A stretch of DNA of 64,000 nucleotides, from contig CAVNZM010000001.1 of the NCBI GenBank assembly GCA_963693365.1, forward strand, positions 14,866,418-14,930,417. Reading direction: 5' to 3'. A model generated the notes under the pieces. It ran no database searches, was not told the origin of the DNA, and was given only the letters and a program-made list of their open reading frames with translations. How positions within the stretch are numbered: the stretch's first letter is position 1; every line of letters starts with the position of its first letter. This DNA is from Amoebidium appalachense. Lineage: Eukaryota > Protista > Ichthyosporea. Positions 1-44,041 of the stretch are shown here, one piece after another. The position numbers were made by a program, and so were the translations under genes.

Positions 1-41
1 CTCCCCCCCATTCCTCCCTCCCCTTGCACCCACCCACGCAC

Positions 42-13138
<13,097 letters not shown>

Positions 13139-14566
13139 CTGCGGGTGGTTGGGGTCGGGGTGAAGCACAGGCGGAGAGGACTCCTTTGGAGTGTTTCCTG
13201 TAGGAGAGTTTGAAAGAAATGAGCAGTGTGTAAATGGGACGACGGAAACCCACTCAAAGTAAGTCTTCGGAATAAGCAATCTTTTTCTTCTCAATTTTAC
13301 TGTTCTGAAGATCTCTTCTTGTCAGTGAGCAGCTTTCGTTACTAACAACAGACACCCGCTCCCAACCTAAACTTTCCCTATACTTGCTTTTACTGGATCA
13401 TTTACCAGTCTGATTTTTGAAATGTCGTGATTAACACCACCGCTCTCAAGGAGGCATTCAAAGTCTCCTTGCTCTCATAATCAGAGTGGTAGAAATCTTA
13501 GCCCCAAAAAGTTATTATTTATGCATATCTGTGTCTCCGATGCCGTCTTGTCTCTTCAGAACCGCTACAAGTCCGTCGGAAAGTGATGCACTATGATACC
13601 TAAATATCATAGGAGCACCAATTCCATTTCAGTCATTCAACATATTATCTAGACAGCGGTGCGGGAGGCGGGGTGATGTGGCTCATTATTCTTGTTAATA
13701 TGTAGTTAACACCGTAAATCCAGTGGACTATTGGAATATCTTCATTAAAGTGATCATTTATATTCCAAGAGCCGCTGAGAATACCTACATACCTAGAATG
13801 TTGCCCATGATGAAAGCCTCGTAATTTTGCAGACCTGGTTGCTGAAATTCGAAGGAAAAAGTAGAAGCAAGGTCTCTTGTTTGTCAGGCTAAACCTGTGG
13901 ATGGAAAGATGCGAAGACTTAAACAGTGTTGAACTGGGTTGCCACCAGACTTTTAAACTGGCAATAGGCCTGGTTTGGCGAGCCTTAGGCATGCCCCGGC
14001 CTACTACGGTAGGGAGTAGGGAGGTTCTTGCTCGGTGTCAAACCGAGGTGGCAATAATAAGTAATGTCTTAGGTTCTTGTTTGGCACAGCTCCTTGCAAT
14101 TTTTTATGACGAGGATAGCACGCTGCTTGGTCACCATATAGAGCCTCAGGTCAGTGATATTATTGTTGTAAACGAAGGTACATGGAAACTTTAAAAAATT
14201 AGCAGTGCTAGGAAATATGATGGAAAAAGGCACACATTATATATAAGTTGTTTTTGAAAGAGCGTGACCTATTACTTAGAGCTGATACGTTTCTCATGGA
14301 CAAGGCTGAATTAGAGGATGGTAAATATCGCAAAAACTCGGATTGTCACGCACATGATGCACACAAGGGGTACACACACACACACGTGCACACGCACACA
14401 CACACGCTCGCGTGCGTACACACACACAACACACACACCAACACACAAACACACACAAACACACACACACAGGCGCACACATGCAAACACAGACGCTCAC
14501 GCACACACAAACACACACACACGTCACGCACACACACAAAACACACACGCACGTGCGCACATACAC

Positions 14567-14620
<54 letters not shown>

Positions 14621-14624
14621 GCAC

Positions 14625-14655
<31 letters not shown>

Positions 14656-15927
14656 TACACACGCACGCACGCACGCACACACATACACACACGCACACGC
14701 TCACATGCCTTCTATTACCATGCTTTACCAGTTGCAATTGCGCTGGCTCAAAAAGATTCGATATGCGATGATGGTAGAGATCTGAGAGGTCTACGTGTAG
14801 TAGCTACTCTGCAGACTATATCTCTGTACTTGCTTTGTTTTCTTGTGCAGTCACGTATACTATTTTAATTTTTCGCTTTTTCAATATTGACCACGTACAA
14901 AGGCTTGACTTTCACAAGGAACTCTCGAATATATAGGCGAACGCGTGACAGGACAAGACGTGTCCGTGCGCGCCGGCGCCTGCCAGACGGTCATAGCTGC
15001 GTTCGTGTTCCACAGCCGAAGTGAGCCATACAGGAGTTCCTAGCATACCATGACTATTGTTATGTTCAACCAATAATGCTAGCTAACTAATACTACTGTA
15101 AAGATAGAAGGTCTTTTTAAAGTTAAATTGATTTTAGAAAAATTCAGACGTTGCCAGCTGATTGAAGCTGATAGCTGTGATTAGCCGTATATGGAAGGTA
15201 AAACGAGCTTATCAATGGATCAGACGAAGCAGCTAGTCAGATGGGCACTGATAAGGATCTTGGGGGATCGTCAGAGAAATATGGTGCCGTGCAGCAACGG
15301 TTTTGTCCTATAAACTAAGAACAATGGTGTTTTCGTGCGTATTAAACCAACTATGTGCCTTATTGAAATATTTTCTGGCGTTACATAGGCAATTGCCATT
15401 CCCCGCAGTGTATTTAGTTGGGCATACTGCGGGTTTTCCCCGTTGCGTCGCCACCGGCACCCGGTGAGCTCAGACTCAATGACGTCATAGATGCAGACGT
15501 CTCACTCCGAATCATCTGCAGGTTCCGATTACCATTGCTAGAAAAAGCACGTTAATTATTTGATAGAATTTGGTCGTACCCGGTTTAAATATACGAATAG
15601 ATATAAAAAAAAACATAAGTGTGTATCTCTTTAACCCTTCTTTACATCAACGTTTTCAACTCTCATGTGTCATGGGGCTTCCTCCATTCCGCGCTGCGGC
15701 CCCATCAAAGTTTCTCTGGCGCGGCTTGCCATCGTAGACTAAAGTCTCCCTTGACTCAATTTCTTTTTCCATCCAATCACCACTCGAGGTTCTATTTTAG
15801 GCTATTTGGCAGTCGCGTGGCAAAAAAAAAAAAAACACGGAAAAGTTGGCCCCGCTGGAAAAGAAACGTTTGAAACTCACAGCCTGTACACACATTTCCA
15901 TATCATCATCATCGAAAGAAAGTTAAG

Positions 15928-16141
15928 ATGGCTAACGCTCTAGATATGCATCCCGACCTGCAGGCCAAGTTGGCCGAGTACAGGGCCAAGCGCAACTTCG
16001 ACGCTGAGAAGTGGTGCGATGAGAAGGTGGGCCTGTACAACGACTACATGAGGAAGTGTGGTGCGTACCCACCCCCTCCCCCCCCCCTTCCCCCTTCTTC
16101 CTCCACACACACACACACACACACACACGCACTCACACGCG

Positions 16142-16191
<50 letters not shown>

Positions 16192-16198
16192 CACACGC

Positions 16199-16262
<64 letters not shown>

Positions 16263-17084
16263 CACCCTTCAACGATCCCCCCTCCCCCCCCCCCCCCCCC
16301 CTTCCCCCAACAACATAACAAAAATGAAGAAGAGGCAAACCTTTTTTCTATAGCTCTGTTTGCCTCACCTGCTGCCTTTATCAGCCACTTCACTGGGTTC
16401 TCATGGGTAACATCCTTGCTGCCGAAATAGTTCCAATCTATATACCCGAACTAGATCCAGTGCCCAGCCACCGTTGTCTCATGTAGGGAAGCTAGCAACA
16501 TACTCCTTACCTTTACTTTCTCCACCCACACCTAAGATCACTTGAGCGTCGACATTATACTCTCCTCCCTTTATCCCTTTCCCTCTTTCCCAGGCATCCT
16601 ACTTTTTGGCCATTGGGGAGAGAATGGTGGCTCCCTTTGAGATTCTGGTTATTGTAAATGCTTTGGGTTGTCACAGGTTTAGGATCTTGGATTATACCAC
16701 CCTGTTCACAAAGCCCCCCCCCCCCCCCCCCCCCCTCCTCCCCCCACTCCTCTCCCCTCCCCCTCCCCGCACCTCCCAAACACACACAAACACATACACA
16801 CTTTCCTCCTGTACACCACTCAACCAGAAAGGGGAACGAACACCTTTTTCCTACAATGATCTTCAAGAACTTTCAACCTGACTTTCTCCTCTGCTTCTTG
16901 GGGCTTGCTAACATGCGCCTCTGTCTCCTCTACAAAGCCAGAAAGATTCAAGCCCTCGTCTCGTCCGGCCACCATTGCCTCAACCATGTTTAGAGCACAG
17001 TGCCTCGTATTTTTTGAGGATCTCTCCTTTTTCCCCTTCCCATTGTCCCGCTTTATCTTCCACCCTTTCTAACCCTCCACCCCT

Positions 17085-17116
<32 letters not shown>

Positions 17117-17558
17117 CCCAGGGCTGACTGCGTGCTGTGTGTCTCTGAGTGGGGGTGTTGATTCTGCCGTCACCATGGCTCTGTGCATGTATGCCAAGAA
17201 CAAGCCCAATAGCCCCATCAAGAGGGTACTTGCCCCCCCCCCCCCCCCCCCCCCCCCCGGCACCCCCTCTTTGCCTCTCTCTCCCTCTCTCTCCCCCCCC
17301 CCCCCCCCCCCCTTCTCTATCTCTCTCTCCTCCCCCCCCCCCCCCCCCCCTCCCCTCCCTCCCTCCCTCCGTCCCTCCGTCCCTCCCCCCCTCCCCCCCC
17401 CCCCCCTCTCACTCTCGCCCCCCAACCTCTTCCCCCTCCCCCCCCCTCCCCTCCCCCCCCCCCCCCCCCTCCCCACTTACAATGAACACACTCGGCCTCC
17501 CCCCTCCTGTCGCCCGGTGGCATTTGTTCGTCTGTACCTACCTTGCCGTTTCCAAACT

Positions 17559-17593
<35 letters not shown>

Positions 17594-18311
17594 TCTTGCC
17601 CACACCCGTCCACGACCCGCAAGTGTCACTGTCGAGAGTCCCTTGCTCGTTTTGAGTTCTTTGATTGCCTACCATTTTGTTTTTTTTTAATCCTGCTGTA
17701 GTACCTTTTTCTAGAAACCTGCATGCATCGTACTCCCCCCCCCCCCCTTCCCTCCCCTTGAGATATTTAGGCAAGCTACTTCTCGCCTTGCAATCGGATA
17801 TCTTGGACCGTTTTTTTCTGGCAAACACGTGTGGTTCCTGTGTACGCTCGTGCGTGTGTACCCCATGAGTCATTCATGCATCTTCCTTGGGAATGCATAA
17901 TTGTATTAAACATCGACGCAAGTACACCTGCACAGAGTTTTTTTAATAAAAAAAACAGCGTGACATACTTGCGCTAATTTTCACTCAATCTTGCAGCCAC
18001 CTAGTCACACACACACATCCAAACACAAGTTTTCTAGTCACTCGTGCATTTACCTAACCAATTTCACATTCACACACTCGCACATGTGCGCGCGCACACA
18101 CCCCCACCCACATACACGTACACACACACGTACACACACGTACACACACACGTACACACACACGTACACACACACACACACACACAGGTGATGGGTATCT
18201 CCCAGCCCATCAAGAGCAGTGCCTGGGCATACAACCGGGCAAAGGAGGCCGCAGACAAGTTGGGCTGTGAGTTTGTCACCATTGACCAGACAGACCTGCA
18301 CAGCCAGCTGC

Positions 18312-18354
<43 letters not shown>

Positions 18355-18451
18355 TGTCTGTGTGTACGTGTGTGTGTGTGTGTCTGTGTGTGTGTGTACA
18401 TACATACATACATATATATATTGTGTGTGTCGCTCTCTATCTCTCCCCCCT

Positions 18452-18490
<39 letters not shown>

Positions 18491-18879
18491 CGTGCGTGCG
18501 TATGTTTGTGTGTGGCTGTGCGTGTGTGCCTGGGTCGGTGGTGGGAGGGGGAGAGGTGGGGAGGAGGAGCAGGGGGGATGTAGAGATAGAGAGGGACAGA
18601 GGAAGGGAGGGAAACAGTTGTCATTTTTTTTTTTTTTTTGGTGTGTGGGGGCAGAGGGGGGGGGGGGGGAGGAAGGGGGGTGGGGGGGAAGTCAGAAGAG
18701 GGAGGATGAAATGCCAAGTTTTTCTTGAAAAGAGAAGGAGTTCAAACTCATTGGAAGAAGAGGAACACCGTACTGGTTCGTGGCCTGTAACAGAACCATT
18801 TCCGATCCCCCCCCCCCTCCCCCCCCCCAAAAAGAAAAAAAAAAAAAAAAAGAAGAAGGGAAAAGAAAAGGGAAAGAAG

Positions 18880-18923
<44 letters not shown>

Positions 18924-19165
18924 GCCCCGCCCCCGCTAAGGGTGGGCTCTGCTTATGATGCATACTCTTGTTTGTGTGCTTCACATGACCTGCATGGCTG
19001 TCCGTCATGAACATGTGTTTCTATTCTGTAACACATTTTGACCCCTCTCCCCCCACCCCACCCTCCCCTTCCCCCCAAACCCCTCCTTCCCTCTCTCCCT
19101 AAGCCACTCCCCCCTTTCCCCCCCCCCCCCCCTCCCCCCACCACCACCACCACACATGCACGCAC

Positions 19166-19251
<86 letters not shown>

Positions 19252-19526
19252 ACACCATAGGCCAAGGTAGACTCCGCCATCGGGATCACAGGCAAAGACT
19301 TTGCCACGGGCCAGCTCCGTTCCTACATGCGCACCCCCGTGGGTTACTACGTATGTCAGCTGCTGAGCCAGGCAGGCACCCCGTGTGTGGTGATGGGGAC
19401 AGGAAACATGGACGAGGATGGCTACTTGGCTTACTTCTGCAAGGCTGGTGATGGTGTGGTCGACATTCAACTCATCGGTATGGTTTTAAATCTATTTGCA
19501 CACGTTTGATGACTATTTTTTCTTCC

Positions 19527-19573
<47 letters not shown>

Positions 19574-19878
19574 TTTCCCGAGGGTTGACGAGGGCCTCTG
19601 TTGATGTATCATCTGCCACACGGTTTTCTTTTCGTCGTGGTGTTGTCATTGTGGTTTTTCTGGGACTGTACTTCAGTGCATCCCCCTCCCCCCCCCCCCC
19701 CCCCCACCCCCCTCTCCCCCCCTTCAAAAACAAAAAATTCCCCCAATGTACTGATAGTGAGAACAAGTGGAAGGGGGGTGCTGGTTGTGTGTGTGTGTGT
19801 GTGTGTGTGTATTCCTTTTTTTGAGGGGAGGGGGGAGGGGGGGCGTTCTGCAAGGGGCCTCGTGCTGTGGGGTGAGCA

Positions 19879-19925
<47 letters not shown>

Positions 19926-20130
19926 AAAAAAAAAAAAAAGAAAAACCCTCCTCCGACATAGCTCTATTTCCTTTGTCCCAACAGTACCGAGGTGCCTGCC
20001 TCCCCATTTCCCTTGCCATCGCGTCCACATTGTTTCGTTAAATATGCCAAACTTGCATTCATTTACTTACCAACCCGCCCTCAAACACGTGTGTGCGCAC
20101 ACACGCGTACACGTACCCCCCCCCCTCCCC

Positions 20131-20176
<46 letters not shown>

Positions 20177-20480
20177 GTACACACGCCCACACACACACAC
20201 ACACACACGCCCACACACACACACACTCACACACACACACACGTACACACGCCCACACACACACACACGTACACACGTACACACACGTACACACACGTCC
20301 AGCCGACATCCACAAGAGTGAGGTGTTTAAGGTTGGGGCCTTCCTGGGTGTGCCCGAGTCCACTCTCAAGGCTGCCCCCAGCGCAGATCTCTGGGACGGC
20401 CAGACGGATGAGGAGGTTCGGAAGCCCCCCCCCCCCCCCACTCCCCCCTTTCCCCCCATTTTTCCATACATTCTCCCCCA

Positions 20481-20511
<31 letters not shown>

Positions 20512-21072
20512 TTCCCAGCCGAAAGTCCTGTATGTTGTTTGTCCCCCGGTGCATTAATGGGCTCCCTATACATGCGCGCGCACATACATGAACACACAAC
20601 CATTATTCTTTTTGGTCCCAGGGGTACAAAATGCAATTGCGGTTTGTTGCCAAGGCCGCCGGTGCTGATAGTGATAGGTGTGTGTGTGTGTGCGTGTGTG
20701 TGTGTGTGTGTGTGGGGGGGTGGGGGGAGGGGGGGGGGGGGGGTCTCAGTAGACTCGGCAAATAATTTGATAACACAAAGCATATATTCGTGCAACTTGA
20801 GCCCTGGAGAGTTTTTTTTTTTTTTTTTTTAACCGTGCTTATCGTTGCAGGAGCTTGGGTTCACATACGATTTCATCGAGATGTTCACCGGGTACTACCT
20901 TCACATGGATGCATCGGAGAAAGAGGCCTTCAGAGCAAGCCTCTCCCCCGACGCCCTCGCTCAGTTTGAGACTTGGTCTACCGCCGCCGTGCGCACGCAC
21001 AACCGCAACAAGCACAAGCTTAACTCCCCTTACAACATTAACGTAATGGATATTATCAACCCTAAGGACTAG
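15928..21072 (+). CDS. nadE: NH3-dependent (single-domain) NAD+ synthetase
   Basis: Exons 15928-16060, 17122-17225, 18188-18313, 19261-19477, 20303-20415, 20851-21072. Motifs: PP-loop [56 protein letters not shown]. There is no N-terminal nitrilase-type glutaminase domain. Confidence 0.93.
18933..19045 (+). mobile_element. Diverged copy of intronic interspersed repeat family in nadE intron 3
   Basis: CCGCTAAGGGTGGGCTCTGCTTATGATGCATACTCTT...CTGTAACACATTTTGACCCC. The 3' half matches the reverse complement of 40190-40245. Confidence 0.6.
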
Positions 21073-21512
21073 GTGGTAGAGCGGGAGAGACGAGCAAGGC
21101 ACGAAAGTCACGTATATAGTGCATTATTATATTATGTGGTTGGATTATGGGTGGTTTGTTTTGTAGTTTATTCTGTTTGCGTATGTCATACATATGCCAT
21201 TGAAACATGCAGGGTTGGGTAGAGTGATGGGTAAAGATTTGGTAAACAACGATGATTCCCTATAGGAGGCGCAGGTTTAACATAACCACCTTTCCGGATA
21301 CACTGATGTGCAAACATGCGTAGACATGTGCATGCCTGATAGTAGTCTGGGTAACACTAAAGACTGTTGGCTTTAATGTGACCGTAGAAGACAAATGTGG
21401 ACCCACACACAGGCCCAGGTGGCTGCTATTAGAATTTTGATTGAGATGGTGGGTACTCACAAATCAAACACAAGTGAAAAAAAAGGGAATGGCATGAAAG
21501 CATGACCCACCT

Positions 21513-21558
<46 letters not shown>

Positions 21559-22465
21559 TTTTCCTCCTCTTCGCCCTTAGATCCTCCCTGCATACTGCTC
21601 ACATATCATGGAAAAGTATTATCCGTCTTATAGTGTTGCCCGCCCGTGTACATTCAACGAAGTCCTTCCCTTGACCCACTCACAACCCAGGAAACAACAT
21701 GTACATGTAAAATATGGTGCATGGTAGCTGCAGGTGATCACGAACAGGAATGGTAATTTCGATACTGTTATGCATGAGGGCGTGTGAAGCTTGTGCAGCT
21801 GGCACTCTCAAACCCCCCCCTCCCCCCCCCCCCCCCCCCCTTCCTTGTACAAATTCAACTCCAAATCGATGTACATCCGATCAGTACAAGTGTGTGCAGG
21901 TAGCTTAATTAAAAGGCGCCAGCAATCGCATCATGCGTGTGCACAGCATACTATTAACATCACTTGCACTTTGTCAACACACAAACACACACACATGTTC
22001 AACGCATGCACACACATGGACACATGCACACATGTGCACGCGAGCATAACCGGACCACACACCACAGATGCACAGCAGAGTACACACACACACCACACTG
22101 CTAAAACAGTGTCAACCCCACTCACGACCACACCACACACACACAGCTCTCTGACACACACCCGCTCATGCACGGATCAACCACATGGCTGTGTTTGCCG
22201 CAGGCTACAACTACATATAGTACTACCCTGCAGTATCGTCTGGCCGATTTATTCACTTCACCCCGACACGGGGCTACATATATCTTTTCTTTTGCTGGCA
22301 TCACATCACAGCGAGTCATTTGTGTAATTCTAACATTTCCCCTCCCCCCCTTTTGATCTGTCGGTGAATATTTACTTGAAACTGTCTCTCTCTCTCTCTT
22401 TTTGGTGTCTTGCAATTAGTGAGGGTACGATCGTCGCGAATTTCCATGAGGGAAACCCCCCTAAA

Positions 22466-28188
<5,723 letters not shown>

Positions 28189-28527
28189 GGTGGCTGTGCA
28201 ATGGGGGGGGGGATGGTGTGAGGAATAAGGGTGGAGGAAAACGGGGAAAATGGGAGGCTTGAGAAGGAAGGAGAAAGGCATGGAGGGGGGGGGGGGGGGA
28301 GGAGGGGGGGAGAAGGGGAAGAGTGCACGAGACAACGCAAATGTGAAACAAAAAAAAGGAGTGAGAGGTCACCGAAGCAAGTGGGTGGGGAGGGGAGGAG
28401 GGGGGGAATGCAACAAGGTGTTTGCATTTGGGTCCTTTTCAACAGAAGCTCGGAGTGAGGAGAATGTATCATACAGGGTAGAAAAGAAACAAGTCAACAA
28501 TTACGTGATTGTGTGTTTAATTGTGTA

Positions 28528-28569
<42 letters not shown>

Positions 28570-29948
28570 GCGTGTATCTCATTGGTGCATTGCAACCTAA
28601 GTGTTTAGACATGCCGAAATGGCTGGCAACAGAAACCCCAGAAACAAGGCCTTGGAGCATGACCAAGCTGTCACCACATCCTTATAGTCCTCTAAAGTGC
28701 TTAAAAACGTGCGTGTTCGTTATTAGGGGCCGTGAAGTAAGTGCACGCCTTTGTGTGTGCATGTGTGCATGTGTGCGTTGAGTGTTCTGCTAATTACACT
28801 GTGTGTATGCGTAAGAATACACTTCTTATCGGCGGACAACTTCAGTAGTCAGCAATCATCATCCATGCATAGCTATTCCCGTGCTCAATAAAATTTAGGT
28901 ACGTGAGAAGACAACATGCGGAGACCTTGCGCGCAGCAAGTTACTAGTTAGAATTCAATGTCTGTCTGTGCATGTGATACAAGTGTGCGTGTGTGTGAGT
29001 GCGCATGTGAATATATTTCTGTGGATGTGGATGTGCTCATGTGGCCCTTCCGCGGGTGCGTCTTACAATCACAAGTAAGTGAACGTGTAGAGCGTGTACG
29101 TGTTGATTAGCCCTCCTCCTTTTGTTCTGCTCATTCGTCGTGATGCGCCACATAAAAAGAATGAAACGACGAGATCAAACTTGCACTAAGGGTGTCCTGA
29201 CTGCAAAGATCAGTCTCTTAGACAAAACATGTAAAACGCAGAAGATAAATATCGAACAAGCATACGTCATCGTTCACCTGCGTTCATGCCCATCGTTTGT
29301 CAGAAACTGGATTACCTGTTTAGTAGTGTTCCCTCGGCTTTACTCTTAGTCAAAATGGTGTCAACAGATCCTTTCCCTTCCCGTATCCGCTTTACTAGAA
29401 AATTCCTATCAGGGGACAGCACTTACAGATAGATGATAATAGGACTGTGAGGTAAAAATATATGGCTATGGAAAGTTATATAATCGGCATATAACAAAGG
29501 CACATCTAAACATCAACATCAACCCCTCGTCCCTCCAAAAAAATTTGGTGCAAAAAAGCGGCTCGTCTTTGTGGGCCACCCAAAAAATTATCGCACAGGC
29601 GGCTCACCAACAATGTGCATGATTTCGCATGACTTTTGCCAACAATTACGGGATTTCATGCCAATTTGCGCAAGCCAGACTTGCCAAATCATTACAGCTC
29701 TCTGAGGTAGTCCAAACACGAATACGGTCTGATATTGAAATAGCGGGGAGGACAACTGTAAACAGGGCAACCGTTACGTCATGTATCTTGTAGCAGTCGG
29801 CAGCCCACCAACGCTGGCCAAGCCAGTCTACCAGCTCCAGGAGCTTCGGAAATGAAACAAACAGACAAAGCCATTAGCGATCACGGAAGATGTGTGCATT
29901 GTGAGTTCTGTATCGTTAGGAAAATTGGGAAAGGGTTTGTAGGACAAC

Positions 29949-35239
<5,291 letters not shown>

Positions 35240-36634
35240 AACCCCCCCCCCCCCCCCCCCCTCCTCCGTGTGACACGTACACGCATGCACACACGCGCGC
35301 GTGCACGTACACACACAAGCATCACAATACCTTATATGGTTCCGCCAAATAAGTTTAAGCACGGAAGAAGTGGCACGTACTTCTTATTAGTCAGATGCAC
35401 GGGTACCTGCATAAGCACTAGGTGCATGACTTTCGCTCAATCAAGTGAGGCTAATGACAGTGTACAGAAACATGGCGCCCAATGACATGCGCCCAATTAC
35501 GTGCGCCTCCTATACTGGTATAACCACAGAGTGGGCATGTACATATGCACACATACATACATACTTATCGCTGATGCACACTGTATAGATGGGGTGGTGG
35601 TGTTTTTTTTTTTTCCATCTCTCGTATGTCATTGAGCACAGGGCATGAATTTTCGTGCTTTTTGTTGACTTCATGTACATGCTGTAACACTGTGAATCGA
35701 ATGATGAAGGCGCCTTGTGCAAGGGCTAAAGTAATTAGGACCATGATCCACGAGGAAGTATTTTAAATAGATTGTGTAAGGCATTGCGAAAGTATGGAGT
35801 GTTGCATGTGTGGGTGACTGTGTGCCACACCTAAGTGTAAGTACACTTTTAAGTCCTAGACCTCCACAATGTGGTTTTAAAACAACATGAATGAATGTAA
35901 AGGTGGTTGCTGTGCACTATAAAAAAGTTTTTATAAAACTAAAAAAAAAGTAGGAATATTGATCATGTATGGCTGTATGGTTATAGCTGGGACATTCGTT
36001 TTGATAGCTAAGTTTCTAAATTCTGCACACCAGGAGCTTTGTGCAGCTGGCTTTAAAAGAAATAAATAAAATGGGGGACACAATATATATGGTCATGAGA
36101 CAAAGCTTGTTCCTGTTCATTGTTTAACATTTTATTTGGTAATGTATCGACATGTACCGGCCCCTGATATGAAAAAATTAGGCTGCCGGATGCAGCAAAC
36201 AACTAAATCATTGTACACTGGCCCGCACATTTATTAATGAACCCGCCGTGAAGCGTGTACACACATGCCCATGTCATATACAGCTCTGTATACATGCATT
36301 GTTACTTAGTAATACTACAGTATCCCTCCGCTTTTGACTACATACATGCAATATGTTCTACATCAATCATGGTTTATGTCGATTTTAGTCTCCTTAAAAT
36401 CACCATCCCCCATATCTCCCTTTCACCCCCCCCCTCCCCCCCCCCCCCCACACACACACCCTCTCCCCCCCTCACCCCCCCCCCCCCCCCCCCCCCTTCT
36501 CCCTCTCGTAGTGACCCTAGCTAGCGCTATCATATGTCAAATTCAACCGCCAACCTTGCCTCAGCAGCAGCTGAGAACTAATGGGCTGATAGACTCTCGC
36601 GCAAGACAGTTATATATTTGACAGGGGCTAATCA

Positions 36635-36755
36635 TAGTCACCGACATGAAGGCAGACCCAATCACAGAGCCTAATTCGGCCCTCCGTACGTGATCTTCAT
36701 CCAATCAAACAGGATTAAATCTATGGAATTCGACGCTCATTGGCTGTGGAAAAAG

Positions 36756-36788
<33 letters not shown>

Positions 36789-36894
36789 AAAAGGGGGGTA
36801 AAAAAAAAGGTGCTGCACTGATAATGGTCAAATCAAAACGCCTAATTTTTGTTTACATAGGTTGTGATTGGATCTGCCTTCATGTCGGTGACTG
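36635..36894. mobile_element. Putative MITE with ~32-bp terminal inverted repeats (Tc1/mariner-like ends)
   Basis: Left end TAGTCACCGACATGAAGGCAGACCCAATCACA; right end TGTGATTGGATCTGCCTTCATGTCGGTGACTG followed by TA. The TIRs differ at 2 positions and there is no coding capacity. Confidence 0.7.
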
Positions 36895-36930
36895 TAGTTG
36901 GCACACATGCACTTCCCATTCATGGTCAAT

Positions 36931-37061
36931 ATGACGTGGGACCACATTATCCATGCATTTGAGATTCAACTGTGTGCGCCCACGAAAGCCACTGGACCAT
37001 GACGTGGGACCACATTATCCATGCATTTGAAATTCAACTGTGTGCGCCCACGACAGCCACT
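36931..37061. repeat. 68-bp direct duplication
   Basis: ATGACGTGGGACCACATTATCCATGCATTTGA(G/A)ATTCAACTGTGTGCGCCCACGA occurs at 36931 and 36999. Confidence 0.9.
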
Positions 37062-37496
37062 GTGTGTACACACAAACATGTCAAAATCAACAGTCTTGCA
37101 CACGCATGCAGAAGCGCACGAACACGTGCTTGACGATACATATCAGGCAAGTGCCGGTTTTAGCATTTCATACTACTAAAAATCAAGGCCAACATGTCTG
37201 GCACATTAGCCCGTGTAGCCGCTCAGCCTGGTTAATAACAATAAGGGGTTCCCCTCGCCCGCTTCTTCTCATTTTGCGCGTGTATATACATGTGTGTGTG
37301 TGTGTGTGTGTGTGTTTGTTTGTGTGTGTGTGCGGAGAGAGAGAGAGGAGGTGGGGGGAAGGGGGTGGGGGGGGGGAAGGGGGAGGGGGGAGGGGTGCGT
37401 GTCATACTGGGAGGGGAGGAAGGGGGGAGGGGGGGAGGGGGGGAGGGGGGACGAGGAGGGAGGAGAAGTGTGTGAGTAGGTGGTGGTGGTGGTGGT

Positions 37497-37539
<43 letters not shown>

Positions 37540-37574
37540 ATGCAGGAAAAACATGTACACGGGGTTAGCTATTC

Positions 37575-44041
<6,467 letters not shown>

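Noticed and set aside
13645-14194. Non-repetitive ORFs 13645-13992 (-) and 13877-14194 (+), and similarly 55211-55642 (+)
   Set aside because: No recognisable motifs or splice-consistent neighbours; likely chance ORFs.
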